From positions 1,096,008-1,160,007 of the forward strand of contig JBFWNU010000001.1 of NCBI GenBank assembly GCA_050250895.1: a stretch of 64,000 bases of DNA. Direction: 5' to 3'. Below, piece by piece: positions 10,081 through 19,419 of the stretch. This stretch comes from Vulcanimicrobiota bacterium. Its GTDB lineage: Bacteria > Vulcanimicrobiota > Xenobia > Xenobiales > JADMJV01. The position numbers and the translations under genes are program-made. Each line of letters opens with the position of its first letter. Positions within the stretch are counted from its first letter, which is position 1. Below the pieces are notes generated by a model that was given only the letters and a program-made list of their open reading frames with translations, was not told where the DNA came from and did not search any database.

Positions 10081-10418
10081 GCGAAGAGGAAAAACTGCTA
10101 CCTCAAGAACTGGTCATCACTCGCCTGCTCAACCAGCGCATGGTCGAAGAAGACTGTCTGCGCCCCGGCGACCGCGAGTCGGTCGCCTATCGCATCGCCG
10201 AGCTCATGATAGCTGCCAAGGAACTGTACACCCGCTCGCTACCCCGTCTGACCGAAAAACAAGCAGATGGCGAGTCGATGTTCGCCGAGTTGGCCGGCTT
10301 GAGAATGGTCTTCCTGCACCTCCGCGACCTGGTGGGTGACTTCGAGGACTCCTTCATGGAAGCCATCGTCCACCAGCGGGAAGAAGACGAAGACGCCGGC
10401 GAAGCCACCGACGAATAA
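10077..10418 (+). CDS. hypothetical acidic helical protein coupled to nuoN
   Basis: ATGA overlap with the nuoN stop; coding-like codon usage; about 113 aa. Confidence 0.7.
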   Translation: MSEEEKLLPQELVITRLLNQRMVEEDCLRPGDRESVAYRIAELMIAAKELYTRSLPRLTEKQADGESMFAELAGLRMVFLHLRDLVGDFEDSFMEAIVHQREEDEDAGEATDE

Positions 10419-10426
10419 CCTCGAAT

Positions 10427-11119
10427 CTAGTCTTCGACGCGTTGGAGTTCTTGAAGGATGACGTTGCTGGTGTGATAGGTCATCAGCCCGATGCGGGGTG
10501 AAGAGATGGTTTCGATCTCCATTCTGACCACAAACCCGCTCTCGGGGGCGAAATGAATTAGGCCGCTACCGGCCATAACCACTTTAGCAGCCCCTTGACC
10601 GCCAGGTAGCGGAAAGTCGAACTCTAGCTCTTCGGTAACCACCTCAATGACCACACAGTCGAAGCCGTTGACCGTCTCGGCGCCCTCGACCGTATACGTG
10701 TTCTTGCAGAGCACCGGGTCGGGACGGTTGGGAATGGGAATCTGGCTGCTACCCTCCCAGCTCGAGCCCTGGGCGACCGGCATCTCGGGAAAGGAATAAG
10801 AGTTGGTGGGGTTGGCCCCCGTCGACTCGAGCACTCGCCCGGCCGAGGAGATTTCTTGGTAGACCAATTGGCGAGGGGTGCCGGGAGGGGGCGGGGGCTC
10901 TTTGGGATCCGTCAGACTGACCACATGGCCGTGCCCGCTTTGATCGCAGTACACAGTCCGCTGGATCAGATCGGCCACGAAGACCATCTCTTGTTCGCGG
11001 AGGACCGTGCCTTCTTGCATGATCTCCGTACTCACTGTGGTGGTCAGCTTATAGTGAAGTCTACGGTCGGTCTTGAACCGGAGCTTAAGCTCGATACCTT
11101 TTTCGATGTCAATCGCCAA
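10427..11119 (-). CDS. hypothetical beta-rich protein
   Basis: 230-aa ORF with GGGAGG SD before a TTG start; FPEMPVAQGSSW resembles DUF6263-like beta proteins. Confidence 0.7.
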   Translation of the reverse strand: MAIDIEKGIELKLRFKTDRRLHYKLTTTVSTEIMQEGTVLREQEMVFVADLIQRTVYCDQSGHGHVVSLTDPKEPPPPPGTPRQLVYQEISSAGRVLESTGANPTNSYSFPEMPVAQGSSWEGSSQIPIPNRPDPVLCKNTYTVEGAETVNGFDCVVIEVVTEELEFDFPLPGGQGAAKVVMAGSGLIHFAPESGFVVRMEIETISSPRIGLMTYHTSNVILQELQRVED

Positions 11120-11209
11120 AGCTTCCTCCCTGGTCGCCTCTTGGCTTTCTAGGGTGTGAGAATCGTTCCTTCCTCGCGGCTTATTCGCTCCCAGGGCGGA
11201 ACCGGGGTC

Positions 11210-11743
11210 ATGGGTGTGGAAACAACCAGGGTGCGAAAGACGATGCCCGCTTCGGTCCTGCTGGTGGCGATGACCATCGTCCTCGGCTTGAGCGATTTAG
11301 GCTACCTCAGGGTTTCGGGGTTTGGGGGCGCTATCACCATAGTGCACGTCCCCGTGATCCTGGCCGCTATTTTGGACGGTCCCCTGGTCGGGGGTCTGGT
11401 AGGCCTGGTTTTTGGCACCCTCACCCTGCTCAAGTTCGAACCCCACGACCCGTTCCTGCATCTGGTTCCGCGCATCCTGCTCGGGGTGGTGGCCGGACTG
11501 GTCTTCCAATTCGTGCGCGAAGCGATGGACGGAGGCGCCCGCACCAGTCTGGCGGCCGCGGCTGCGGCCGTAGCCGGAAGCCTCACCAATACCCTGGGGG
11601 TGGCCGCCATCGCGGTCACCCGGGGTCACTATCGAATCGACGAACTCGGTTCGATGGTGCTGCTTCACGGAGTCATCGAATTGGCCATCGCCCTGGTCTT
11701 GATCGTGCCCTCGGCCGTCTGGTTGACCCTCCAGAGGGACTAG
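11210..11743 (+). CDS. ECF transporter S component, probably pantothenate-specific (PanT-like)
   Basis: TIVHVPVILAAILDGP..G..VGLVFG, LVPRILLG and GSLTNT motifs; adjacent to coaX; start uncertain. Confidence 0.85.
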   Translation: MGVETTRVRKTMPASVLLVAMTIVLGLSDLGYLRVSGFGGAITIVHVPVILAAILDGPLVGGLVGLVFGTLTLLKFEPHDPFLHLVPRILLGVVAGLVFQFVREAMDGGARTSLAAAAAAVAGSLTNTLGVAAIAVTRGHYRIDELGSMVLLHGVIELAIALVLIVPSAVWLTLQRD

Positions 11744-11769
11744 GGCCCCCTGGGCGAACCGGGTCTTCC

Positions 11770-12540
11770 ATGGCCAAGATGCTCGCCCTGGATGTCGGCA
11801 ATACCAACCTGGTCGTCGGCCTCTACGACAATGACCACCTGCTTCAATCCTTCCGCCTTTTCACCGATCGCACCCGGACCGTAGACGAGTACGGCGTGCT
11901 GCTCAAGAAAATGCTGCTCGACCACGAGCACGACCCGCGCGAAGTCGAAGGAGTTTGCGTTTCCAACGTGGTCCCCATTCTGACCGATCGCATCGAACAG
12001 GTTTGCCGCAAATACCTGCGCCTCGAGCCTCTCTTCGTGAGGGCCCACCTGGATCTGGGCTTGACCGTCGTGGTGGAGCGGCCCGAGGAGGTCGGGGCCG
12101 ATCTACTGGCGGCCATGGTGGCGGCCCGCCAGCGTTTCGGTGCTCCCGTGGCCGTGGCCGATCTCGGTACGGCCACGACGATCTCGTTTCTGACCGATGA
12201 CGGCTGCTTTCGCGGGGTCATCATTGCTCCTGGCCTCGAAATCTCGATGGAGGCCGTGCTGTCCCGGGCTCCTCACTTGCCTCCCTTCCGACTCGAGGCC
12301 CCCCCTCAGGCTCACGGCACCAACACCATCCACTGCCTCCAATCGGGGCTACTATTAGGCCACGCCTGCATGATCGACGGATTGGTCGAACGGGTCGAGC
12401 AAGAGTTGGGCCCCACCCAACTGGTGGCCACCGGCGGTCTGGCCCCCCTGGTCGGCACCGTTTCGCGCCGCATCACCACCGTGGAACCCAACCTGATCCT
12501 GGAAGGTATTCGCCAGATCTGGACCCGCAACCGAGCCTGA
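11770..12540 (+). CDS. coaX: type III pantothenate kinase
   Basis: LALDVGNTN, VGADL, DLGTATT and ATGG motifs. Confidence 0.95.
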   Translation: MAKMLALDVGNTNLVVGLYDNDHLLQSFRLFTDRTRTVDEYGVLLKKMLLDHEHDPREVEGVCVSNVVPILTDRIEQVCRKYLRLEPLFVRAHLDLGLTVVVERPEEVGADLLAAMVAARQRFGAPVAVADLGTATTISFLTDDGCFRGVIIAPGLEISMEAVLSRAPHLPPFRLEAPPQAHGTNTIHCLQSGLLLGHACMIDGLVERVEQELGPTQLVATGGLAPLVGTVSRRITTVEPNLILEGIRQIWTRNRA

Positions 12541-12613
12541 GTCCCGAGCCGTCGGTGGTTGAAGGAAGGCCTATTCATTTGTCGAAGGCGCGGTTGCTTT
12601 TAGCGGGTATTTC

Positions 12614-13885
12614 ATGACCGTAGACATCCAGAACAAAGCTGCCACCGACGAGATCCACGAAGTCAGCCGCCTTTATCGGGACTATCTCAATCCCGATCTG
12701 GCTCGCCTGATCAAGTTCAGTGGCCTGGGCACCATCGAAGAGCGCGCCAGCGGCTCGCTGGTCTATGACTACAAAGGTCGCGACTATCTCGACTTTTCTG
12801 GCGGCTACGGCGTTTTTTCGCTGGGCCACAGCCATCCCAGGGTGGTGGCGGCTGTCCAAGAGCAACTCGAGGCCATGGCCCTGAGCCCGCGCGTTTTCCT
12901 CAATCGCCAGCAAGCTCGCCTGGCGGAGCGTCTGGCCCAACTCAGCCCCGGCAAGCTGCAGTACTCGTTTTTTTGCAACAGCGGCACCGAAGGGGTCGAG
13001 GGGGCCCTCAAATTGGCCCGGGCCGCCACCGGCCGCAGCCATTTTGTTTCGGCCACCAACTCTTATCACGGCAAGACCATGGGCAGCCTGTCGGTCTCGG
13101 GTCGAGACAATTACAAGGCTCCCTTCGAGCCGCTCGTGCCCGGCACCAGACAGGTTCCGTGGGGCGATCTCGAGGCCCTTGATTTGGCCCTCGACCAGGA
13201 CGTGGCTGCGGTCATTCTCGAGCCGGTCCAGGGCGAAGGCGGCATCCATCTACCCCCGGACGGCTATTTGCAAGGCGCTGCCGACCGGGCTCGCCGCCAC
13301 GGGGCTTTGTTCATTGCCGACGAGGTCCAGAGCGGTCTGGGCCGCACCGGCAGACTGTTCGCCGTCGAGCACTGGGGGGTCGAGCCCGACATCATGGTGC
13401 TGGCCAAAGCCCTGGGCGGAGGCGTCATGCCCATCGGCGCCTATCTGGCCACGCCTGAGGTGGCGGCGGCCTACCGAGGCAAGCCGCTGCTCCACACCAG
13501 CACCTTTGGTGGCAACCCGCTGGCCTGCGCGGCCGCTCTGGCGACCCTGGAGGTGCTGGTCGAGGAACAGCTCTCCCAGCGCGCGGCTGAGGCTGGGCAG
13601 GCCATTATGGCGTCCCTGACCCGCCTGCAAAAAGAATTTCCCAACCTCATCAAGGAGGTCCGTGGTCTGGGCCTGATGATCGGGCTGGAATTGCTCGAAG
13701 ACCGGTTTGGAGGCTCGATCATCTCCGAGATGGCCAAGCGGCGGGTGGTGGCTGTCTACACCTTGAATCAACCTCGAGTTATCCGGTTTGAACCCCCCCT
13801 CAACGTGGAACATGGGGAAATCGACCGAGCTATGCAAGCCTTGCAAGAAGCCATGGTCGAGACGGCCAGACGGATGGGCGGCTAA
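12614..13885 (+). CDS. class III PLP aminotransferase (putrescine/acetylornithine aminotransferase-like)
   Basis: CNSGTEGVEGALK, ILEPVQGEGG, DEVQSGLGRTG, LAKALGGG (PLP Lys) and HTSTFGGNP motifs. Confidence 0.92.
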   Translation: MTVDIQNKAATDEIHEVSRLYRDYLNPDLARLIKFSGLGTIEERASGSLVYDYKGRDYLDFSGGYGVFSLGHSHPRVVAAVQEQLEAMALSPRVFLNRQQARLAERLAQLSPGKLQYSFFCNSGTEGVEGALKLARAATGRSHFVSATNSYHGKTMGSLSVSGRDNYKAPFEPLVPGTRQVPWGDLEALDLALDQDVAAVILEPVQGEGGIHLPPDGYLQGAADRARRHGALFIADEVQSGLGRTGRLFAVEHWGVEPDIMVLAKALGGGVMPIGAYLATPEVAAAYRGKPLLHTSTFGGNPLACAAALATLEVLVEEQLSQRAAEAGQAIMASLTRLQKEFPNLIKEVRGLGLMIGLELLEDRFGGSIISEMAKRRVVAVYTLNQPRVIRFEPPLNVEHGEIDRAMQALQEAMVETARRMGG

Positions 13886-13895
13886 AGGAGACAAC

Positions 13896-14342
13896 ATGCC
13901 TTACGTCGAGAAAAGCATCATTATCGCGGGCGACCTCGAGACCGTGTACGAGCTGGCCAAGGACATGGAAAGCTATCCCCGCTTCATGCCAGATGTCGAG
14001 AGCGTCAAAGTCGTTTCTCGCACCTCGAACGAGACCATCACCGAGTGGGTCACCAACGTTGACGGCACTCCCTTTCTCTGGACCGAGAAAGATTCGTTCG
14101 ACGACCTGAACCATCGCATCACCTATTGCCTGATTGAAGGCGACCTGGAGAAGTTTGAGGGCGCCTGGTCTTTCGCTCGCATCGACGACGGAGGCACCCA
14201 GGTCACGCTGGCCGTCGACTACGACTTCGGGCTGCCCGAGCTGACCGAGCTGATCGGTCCCACCTTGCATGAAAAGGTCGGGGAGAACTCCGAGATGATG
14301 CTGCAGGGAATGAAGCGTCATGTGGAGGGCAGTTCCACGTGA
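13896..14342 (+). CDS. SRPBCC/START (Coq10/polyketide cyclase-like) lipid-binding protein
   Basis: DMESYPRFMPDV and LIEGDLEKFEGAW motifs; AAGGAG SD before ATG 13896. Confidence 0.88.
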   Translation: MPYVEKSIIIAGDLETVYELAKDMESYPRFMPDVESVKVVSRTSNETITEWVTNVDGTPFLWTEKDSFDDLNHRITYCLIEGDLEKFEGAWSFARIDDGGTQVTLAVDYDFGLPELTELIGPTLHEKVGENSEMMLQGMKRHVEGSST

Positions 14343-15433
14343 ACCGTTTCGGTTTCTTGCTGCACCCCCTGGGGATGCAAGACGTGGTGCGGTATGCACC
14401 CAAAGCCGCTGGCAAGCGCGAACCGCTGGTCCGTAAGCTATTGGAGTGGATGCCGCCCTACGAGGCGTCCAACATCGACGGGGTTCGTTCGCAGCGCGGG
14501 ATCGATATCACCGGCAAGTTCGTGATGGTGCCCCTCCTGCCAGCTCAGTTTATCGACATGCCACGAAAGGCGGTGCTCGAGCGAGTCAAAAAGGCCGCTC
14601 TGCTGGCTCAAAAACTGGGCGCGCAGATGGTAGGTCTGGGTGGCTACAACTCGGTGGTTGGTGGGGCCGGCAAAGAAGTGGCCGACCTGTTGGATGTGGC
14701 CGTCACCAGTGGCAACTCCTATACGGTTGCCACCGCTCTCGAAGGCGCTCTGGCCGCCGCCCAGGCCCTGGATGTCGATATGGCCAAGGCCACCGTGGCC
14801 GTAGTTGGTGCCACCGGCTCCATCGGTAGCGTTTGTGCCCGCCTACTGGCCCGCCACGTGCCCCGCCTGGTTTTGATGGCCCGCAGCAAGTCACGGCTCA
14901 AAGTACTGGCCGAACAGATTCACAGCGAAAGCCGCACCGCTCTAGCCATCGAAATGGACCTGGCGCGAGCCCTCGAGAGTGCTGACGTGGTCATCACGGC
15001 CACCTCTTCCGGAGGCGGTATCATCCAGGCCAAGCACCTCATGCCGGGGGCCATCGTCTGTGACGTGGCCGTGCCCCACGACGTGTGCCGCGAGGTTGCC
15101 AAGCTGCGTCCGGACGTGCTGGTGATTGAAGGCGGAGTAGTGCAGGTTCCCGGCAACCCGCAATTTAATTTCGACTTCGGCTATCCACCCGGGGTGGCCC
15201 TGGCCTGCATGGCCGAGACGATGGTGCTGACCATGGAGAACCGGTTTGAAGATTTCAGCATCGGCCGCGGCCTCGACTTCGACAAAGTCGACGAAATCGA
15301 GCGTCTGGCCCAACGCAACGGCTTTCGCCTGGCCGGTTTTCGCGCCTTTGACCAACCGATTACCACCGAACGCATCGAGGAGGTGCGGGCCCTGCGCGAA
15401 GAGCAACGTCGGGGCCTGAAAGTAATCGGGTGA
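14339..15433 (+). CDS. acyl-ACP reductase-like NAD(P)-dependent oxidoreductase (often labelled shikimate dehydrogenase)
   Basis: FGFLLHP N-terminus, GLGG, TSGNSYT, Rossmann VVGATGSIG, DVAVPHDV and ACMAE (catalytic-Cys motif of cyanobacterial AAR, ACFAE). Confidence 0.8.
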   Translation: MNRFGFLLHPLGMQDVVRYAPKAAGKREPLVRKLLEWMPPYEASNIDGVRSQRGIDITGKFVMVPLLPAQFIDMPRKAVLERVKKAALLAQKLGAQMVGLGGYNSVVGGAGKEVADLLDVAVTSGNSYTVATALEGALAAAQALDVDMAKATVAVVGATGSIGSVCARLLARHVPRLVLMARSKSRLKVLAEQIHSESRTALAIEMDLARALESADVVITATSSGGGIIQAKHLMPGAIVCDVAVPHDVCREVAKLRPDVLVIEGGVVQVPGNPQFNFDFGYPPGVALACMAETMVLTMENRFEDFSIGRGLDFDKVDEIERLAQRNGFRLAGFRAFDQPITTERIEEVRALREEQRRGLKVIG

Positions 15434-16338
15434 AGCACGTCGTCAGCGTAAGTCTTGGCTCGAACAAAAGAGACCACACAGCCGAGACCGAATTTCTGGG
15501 GCATACCTTTCGCTTCGAGCGCCGAGGCACCAACGGCCAGTTCAAAAAGGCGGTGGCCCTGTTGCAGGAACTCGACGGCAAGGTCGACGCCATCGGCCTG
15601 GGCGGGATCGATGTCTATCTCTGCAGCCGCAATCAGCGGTACGCTCTGCGCGACGGTTTGCGCCTGATGGAGACCGTCAAACAGACCCCGGTGGTCGACG
15701 GCTCGGGCCTCAAGAACACCCTCGAACGCGAGACCATTCGCTTTCTCGAGCGAGATGGGCGCATCCAACTCAAAGACCGCCATGTGCTGATGGTGTGTGC
15801 CATGGATCGTTTCGGTATGGCCGAGGCGCTCGAGGCCGCCGGCGCCAAAGTCACCTATGGCGACCTCATCTTCACGCTGGGGGTGGATAAGCCCATTCGC
15901 AGCCTCGACGAACTCGAAGAACGAGCCGAGAAACTGTTGCCCGAGGTGTGCAAACTGCCCATCAGCATGGTTTATCCCATCGGCCAAAAGCAAGAGATCA
16001 TCGCCCCCGACGAGTCTACTTCGCGCTACTACCACGAAGCCGACATCATCGCTGGCGACTTTCACCTGATCCGCAAGAAAATGCCCGACTCTCTCGAGGG
16101 CAAAACCATCATCACCAATACCGTTACCGAGAAAGACGTCAAAGAACTGGTCAAGCGCAAGGTCAAATGGCTGGTGACCACCACCCCGGCCATCGACAAC
16201 CGCAGTTACGGGACCAACGTGCTCGAGGCCGCCATGGTTGCCCTGATCGGCAAGCCCTGGCAAGAGACCCTGCCCGAGGACTACCTCAAGCTCATCCGCG
16301 AAGCGGACCTTCGGCCCCGAATCCAGCAACTCAACTAG
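15430..16338 (+). CDS. conserved protein of unknown function (family usually labelled quinate 5-dehydrogenase)
   Basis: MKHVVSVSLGS.KRDH, DAIGLGG, VVDGSGLK and GTNVLEA motifs; GTGA overlap with the upstream gene. Confidence 0.75.
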   Translation: MKHVVSVSLGSNKRDHTAETEFLGHTFRFERRGTNGQFKKAVALLQELDGKVDAIGLGGIDVYLCSRNQRYALRDGLRLMETVKQTPVVDGSGLKNTLERETIRFLERDGRIQLKDRHVLMVCAMDRFGMAEALEAAGAKVTYGDLIFTLGVDKPIRSLDELEERAEKLLPEVCKLPISMVYPIGQKQEIIAPDESTSRYYHEADIIAGDFHLIRKKMPDSLEGKTIITNTVTEKDVKELVKRKVKWLVTTTPAIDNRSYGTNVLEAAMVALIGKPWQETLPEDYLKLIREADLRPRIQQLN

Positions 16339-16347
16339 GAGCAACCC

Positions 16348-17835
16348 ATGAGTGAGAGCGAAAGCGGAGGGCTGGCCGAACAGCGCGCCCGCCGTGTTGA
16401 AAACCTCGAGGCCCTGAGAGCCACCGGACGCGACCCTTACGGCGCGCGCTTCGACCGGACCACCACGGCCGCCCAGATCCAGGCCGATCATGCCGAATTG
16501 AGCAAGGAAGACCACGGACCCGTCGTCTCGCTAGCCGGCCGGGTGACCGGTAAGCGAGGCCACGGCAAGGCCTGTTTTATCGACCTCACCGACCTCTCGG
16601 GTCGCCTTCAGACCTACTGTAAGGTCGACATCCTGGGCGAGGACCAGTATCAGGCCCTGGATCACGTCGACCTCGGCGATTTTCTCGGCGTCACCGGACC
16701 GGTGTTTCGCACCCGGCGCGGCGAGTTGAGCATCCAGGTCGAAAAGTGGGAGATGCTGAGCAAGGCCATCATGCCCCCGCCCGAAAAGTGGCACGGCCTC
16801 AAGGATGTCGAAATCCGCTATCGGCAACGCTACGCCGATCTCTTGAGCAACGCCGAGGTGCGCCAGACTTTCATCACGCGCAGTCGCATCGTCTCGGCCA
16901 TTCGCAATTATCTCGATGGCCTGGGCTATCTCGAGGTCGAAACCCCCACCATGACGCCCCTGGCTGGGGGAGCCTCGGCTCGGCCCTTCGTCACCCACCA
17001 CAACGCCCTCGATCTGACCCTGTATCTGCGCATTGCCACGGAACTCTACCTGAAGCGCTGCATCGTGGGCGGGCTCGAAAAGGTCTACGAAATCGGCCGC
17101 ATCTTCCGTAACGAAGGGATCTCGACCCGCCACAACCCCGAGTTCACCATGCTCGAACTCTACGAGGCCTATAGCGACTACGAGGGAATGATCGACATTA
17201 CCGAGGGGATCATCGACCATGTCTGTCAGACAGTGTTGGGTACCCACGAGGTGGAGTTCGGCGGCCATCAGCTCAATCTCAAGCCGCCCTATCGCCGAGC
17301 CACCATGGATGAACTCTTCCGCGAACACGCCGGAGTCGGCATCCACGACGTGCGCAACCCCGAAACGGCCTTCCGCCTGGCGGCTGAAGCGAAACTTGGC
17401 ATCAAGCCCAGCGACACCACCATCGCCCACGCCATCGACAAACTCTTTGACCACTTCATCGGCGACCACCTGGTCCAACCCACCGTGGTGATGGACTATC
17501 CCATCGAACTGTCGCCGCTGGCCAAGCGCAAGAGCGACGATCCCGACCTGACCTATCGCTTCGAGCTGTTCGTAGCCGGAACCGAAATCGCCAACGCCTT
17601 CTCCGAGCTCAACGATCCGGTCGACCAGCGCGGCCGCTTCGAATCCCAGCAGCAGAACAAGGCCATCGACGACGAGGCCCACCCTCTCGATGAGGACTAC
17701 ATCACCGCCCTGGAATACGCCATGCCTTCCACCGGCGGAATGGGGATGGGTATCGATCGTTTGATCATGTTGCTGACCGGATCCACTTCGATCCGTGACG
17801 TGGTGCTCTTTCCGTTGTTGCGTCCTCGCCAGTGA
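16348..17835 (+). CDS. lysS: lysine--tRNA ligase (class II)
   Basis: OB fold, YRQRY, LRIATELYLKR, FRNEG and GMGIDR motifs. Confidence 0.97.
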   Translation: MSESESGGLAEQRARRVENLEALRATGRDPYGARFDRTTTAAQIQADHAELSKEDHGPVVSLAGRVTGKRGHGKACFIDLTDLSGRLQTYCKVDILGEDQYQALDHVDLGDFLGVTGPVFRTRRGELSIQVEKWEMLSKAIMPPPEKWHGLKDVEIRYRQRYADLLSNAEVRQTFITRSRIVSAIRNYLDGLGYLEVETPTMTPLAGGASARPFVTHHNALDLTLYLRIATELYLKRCIVGGLEKVYEIGRIFRNEGISTRHNPEFTMLELYEAYSDYEGMIDITEGIIDHVCQTVLGTHEVEFGGHQLNLKPPYRRATMDELFREHAGVGIHDVRNPETAFRLAAEAKLGIKPSDTTIAHAIDKLFDHFIGDHLVQPTVVMDYPIELSPLAKRKSDDPDLTYRFELFVAGTEIANAFSELNDPVDQRGRFESQQQNKAIDDEAHPLDEDYITALEYAMPSTGGMGMGIDRLIMLLTGSTSIRDVVLFPLLRPRQ

Positions 17836-19022
17836 ACGCCAGCGGCCGAGTCTGGGTCGAGATCGACCTCGAGAGCATCCGGCGCAACTTTCGCACCCTG
17901 GCAGCTCTGGTGGCCCCCGCCAGGCCGGCCGCCGTGGTCAAAAGCGAAGCCTACGGCCATGGCCTGATCGAGGTCTCGAAGGCGGTGCTCGAAGAGGGCG
18001 CCTGGGGCCTCTGTGTGGTCTATGCCGAAGAAGGGCAGCGCCTTCGTCAGGCGGGCATCGAGGCCCCCATCCTGGTGGTGGGACCGCTGCTCGAGTTCGA
18101 GATGGAGACGGCCATTACCAACCGTTTGCAAGTCGCCGTCTACGACAGCCAGCAGGCCCGCCAGCTCTCGGCCGAATGCGCGCGCCTGGGCCAGGACATC
18201 CTGGTCCATCTGAAAGTCGACACCGGTCTGGCCCGCCTATCGACGGTGGCCGAGGACGCCCTGGAGTTCGTGCACGAGGTCCGCAACTTGCCGGGGTTGG
18301 TCATCGAAGGCGTCTATTCGCACTTTGCCGACGCCGAAGGTCTGGACCAATCTTACACCTTGCTGCAATATCGGCGCTTTCGCCAATTTCTCGACCGCCT
18401 CCAGGAAGCCGGCCTGCGCCCGCCGCTGCGCCACATCTCGGGCAGCGCAGCCGCTCTGCTGCTCAAAGAGGCCCGCCTGGACCTGGTGCGCCTGGGCATC
18501 GCCATCTACGGCCTATGGCCGGCCGACGAAACCCGTCTGCTGCTGCTCAGCCGCGGTCGCGACCTGCTGGAGTTGGTCAACGACCAGTTCGAGAACGGCC
18601 AGACCCCGGCCATCGAAGAGTTACTCACCCCGGCCCTGTCGTTTAAGACCCGCTGCCTGCAGGTCAAGGCCGTGCCGGCCGGCTGCAAGGTCGGCTACGG
18701 CTGCACTTACGAGACCCAGCGCCCCACCCGCATCGCCGTGCTGCCGGTCGGCTACGCCGAGGGTTACGACCGCCATCTTTCCAACTGCGGCGAGGTGCTG
18801 GTGCGCGGTCGCCGGGCTCGCGTGCTGGGACGCATCTGCATGAATCTGACCGTGGTCGACGTGACCGACATTCCCGAAGTCACTGCCGGCGACGAAGTGG
18901 TGCTGATCGGCACCCAAAACGGCCAGACCATCCGCGCCGAAGAGGTAGCCGCCAAGATCGGCACCATCCACTACGAGGTGGTCACCCGCATCCCGGCCTG
19001 CGTGCCCCGCGTGTTCGTCTAG
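17832..19022 (+). CDS. alr: alanine racemase
   Basis: VVKSEAYGHG (PLP Lys), HLKVDTG, GYAEGY, GRICMN and GTIHYE motifs. Confidence 0.94.
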   Translation: MNASGRVWVEIDLESIRRNFRTLAALVAPARPAAVVKSEAYGHGLIEVSKAVLEEGAWGLCVVYAEEGQRLRQAGIEAPILVVGPLLEFEMETAITNRLQVAVYDSQQARQLSAECARLGQDILVHLKVDTGLARLSTVAEDALEFVHEVRNLPGLVIEGVYSHFADAEGLDQSYTLLQYRRFRQFLDRLQEAGLRPPLRHISGSAAALLLKEARLDLVRLGIAIYGLWPADETRLLLLSRGRDLLELVNDQFENGQTPAIEELLTPALSFKTRCLQVKAVPAGCKVGYGCTYETQRPTRIAVLPVGYAEGYDRHLSNCGEVLVRGRRARVLGRICMNLTVVDVTDIPEVTAGDEVVLIGTQNGQTIRAEEVAAKIGTIHYEVVTRIPACVPRVFV

Positions 19023-19030
19023 AAAAGCAA

Positions 19031-19054
19031 AAGCCCCGCAACAGGGCGGGGCTT
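19031..19054. terminator. intrinsic terminator between convergent alr and rpsU
   Basis: AAGCCCCGC-AACAGG-GCGGGGCTT hairpin; the preceding A-run reads as a U-tract on the minus strand. Confidence 0.75.
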
Positions 19055-19069
19055 GTAACTCAGATCGGC

Positions 19070-19240
19070 CTAGTGCCGACGGCGTCGAGCAGCCAGCATC
19101 TTCTTCTTGCGTTTGACGCTAGGCTTCTCGTAATATTCACGCTTTTTGATTTCGGCGAGAACACCGTCTCTCTGGCACTGACGACGAAATCGTTTGAGAG
19201 CAGAGTCGATGGATTCGCCATCCTCTACGCGAGTCTCCAT
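19070..19240 (-). CDS. rpsU: 30S ribosomal protein bS21 (not in ORF track, 56 aa)
   Basis: Manual translation [47 protein letters not shown]...; SD-like AAGGAGG upstream. Confidence 0.96.
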   Translation of the reverse strand: METRVEDGESIDSALKRFRRQCQRDGVLAEIKKREYYEKPSVKRKKKMLAARRRRH

Positions 19241-19419
19241 TCCCTCACCCCTCCTTTCCCTCGTCGCGCTTGTTCAAGGCCGACGTTGATATACCCCACC
19301 ATCAATGGGTCAGCCGCAGGCGACTGACCCGAAGCTAATTTGAGAAGCTTACACCAGAATCCTCTTTCGGGCAAGTCCTACGAAGGACGAGTCGCCAATT
19401 CGCCCGAAAAGCGACCCTA

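Noticed and set aside
14339-16338. Shikimate/quinate catabolism genes
   Set aside because: No AroE substrate-binding motifs (SxSP, NVTxPxK) and no aro/qui context; the motifs fit the acyl-ACP reductase family better
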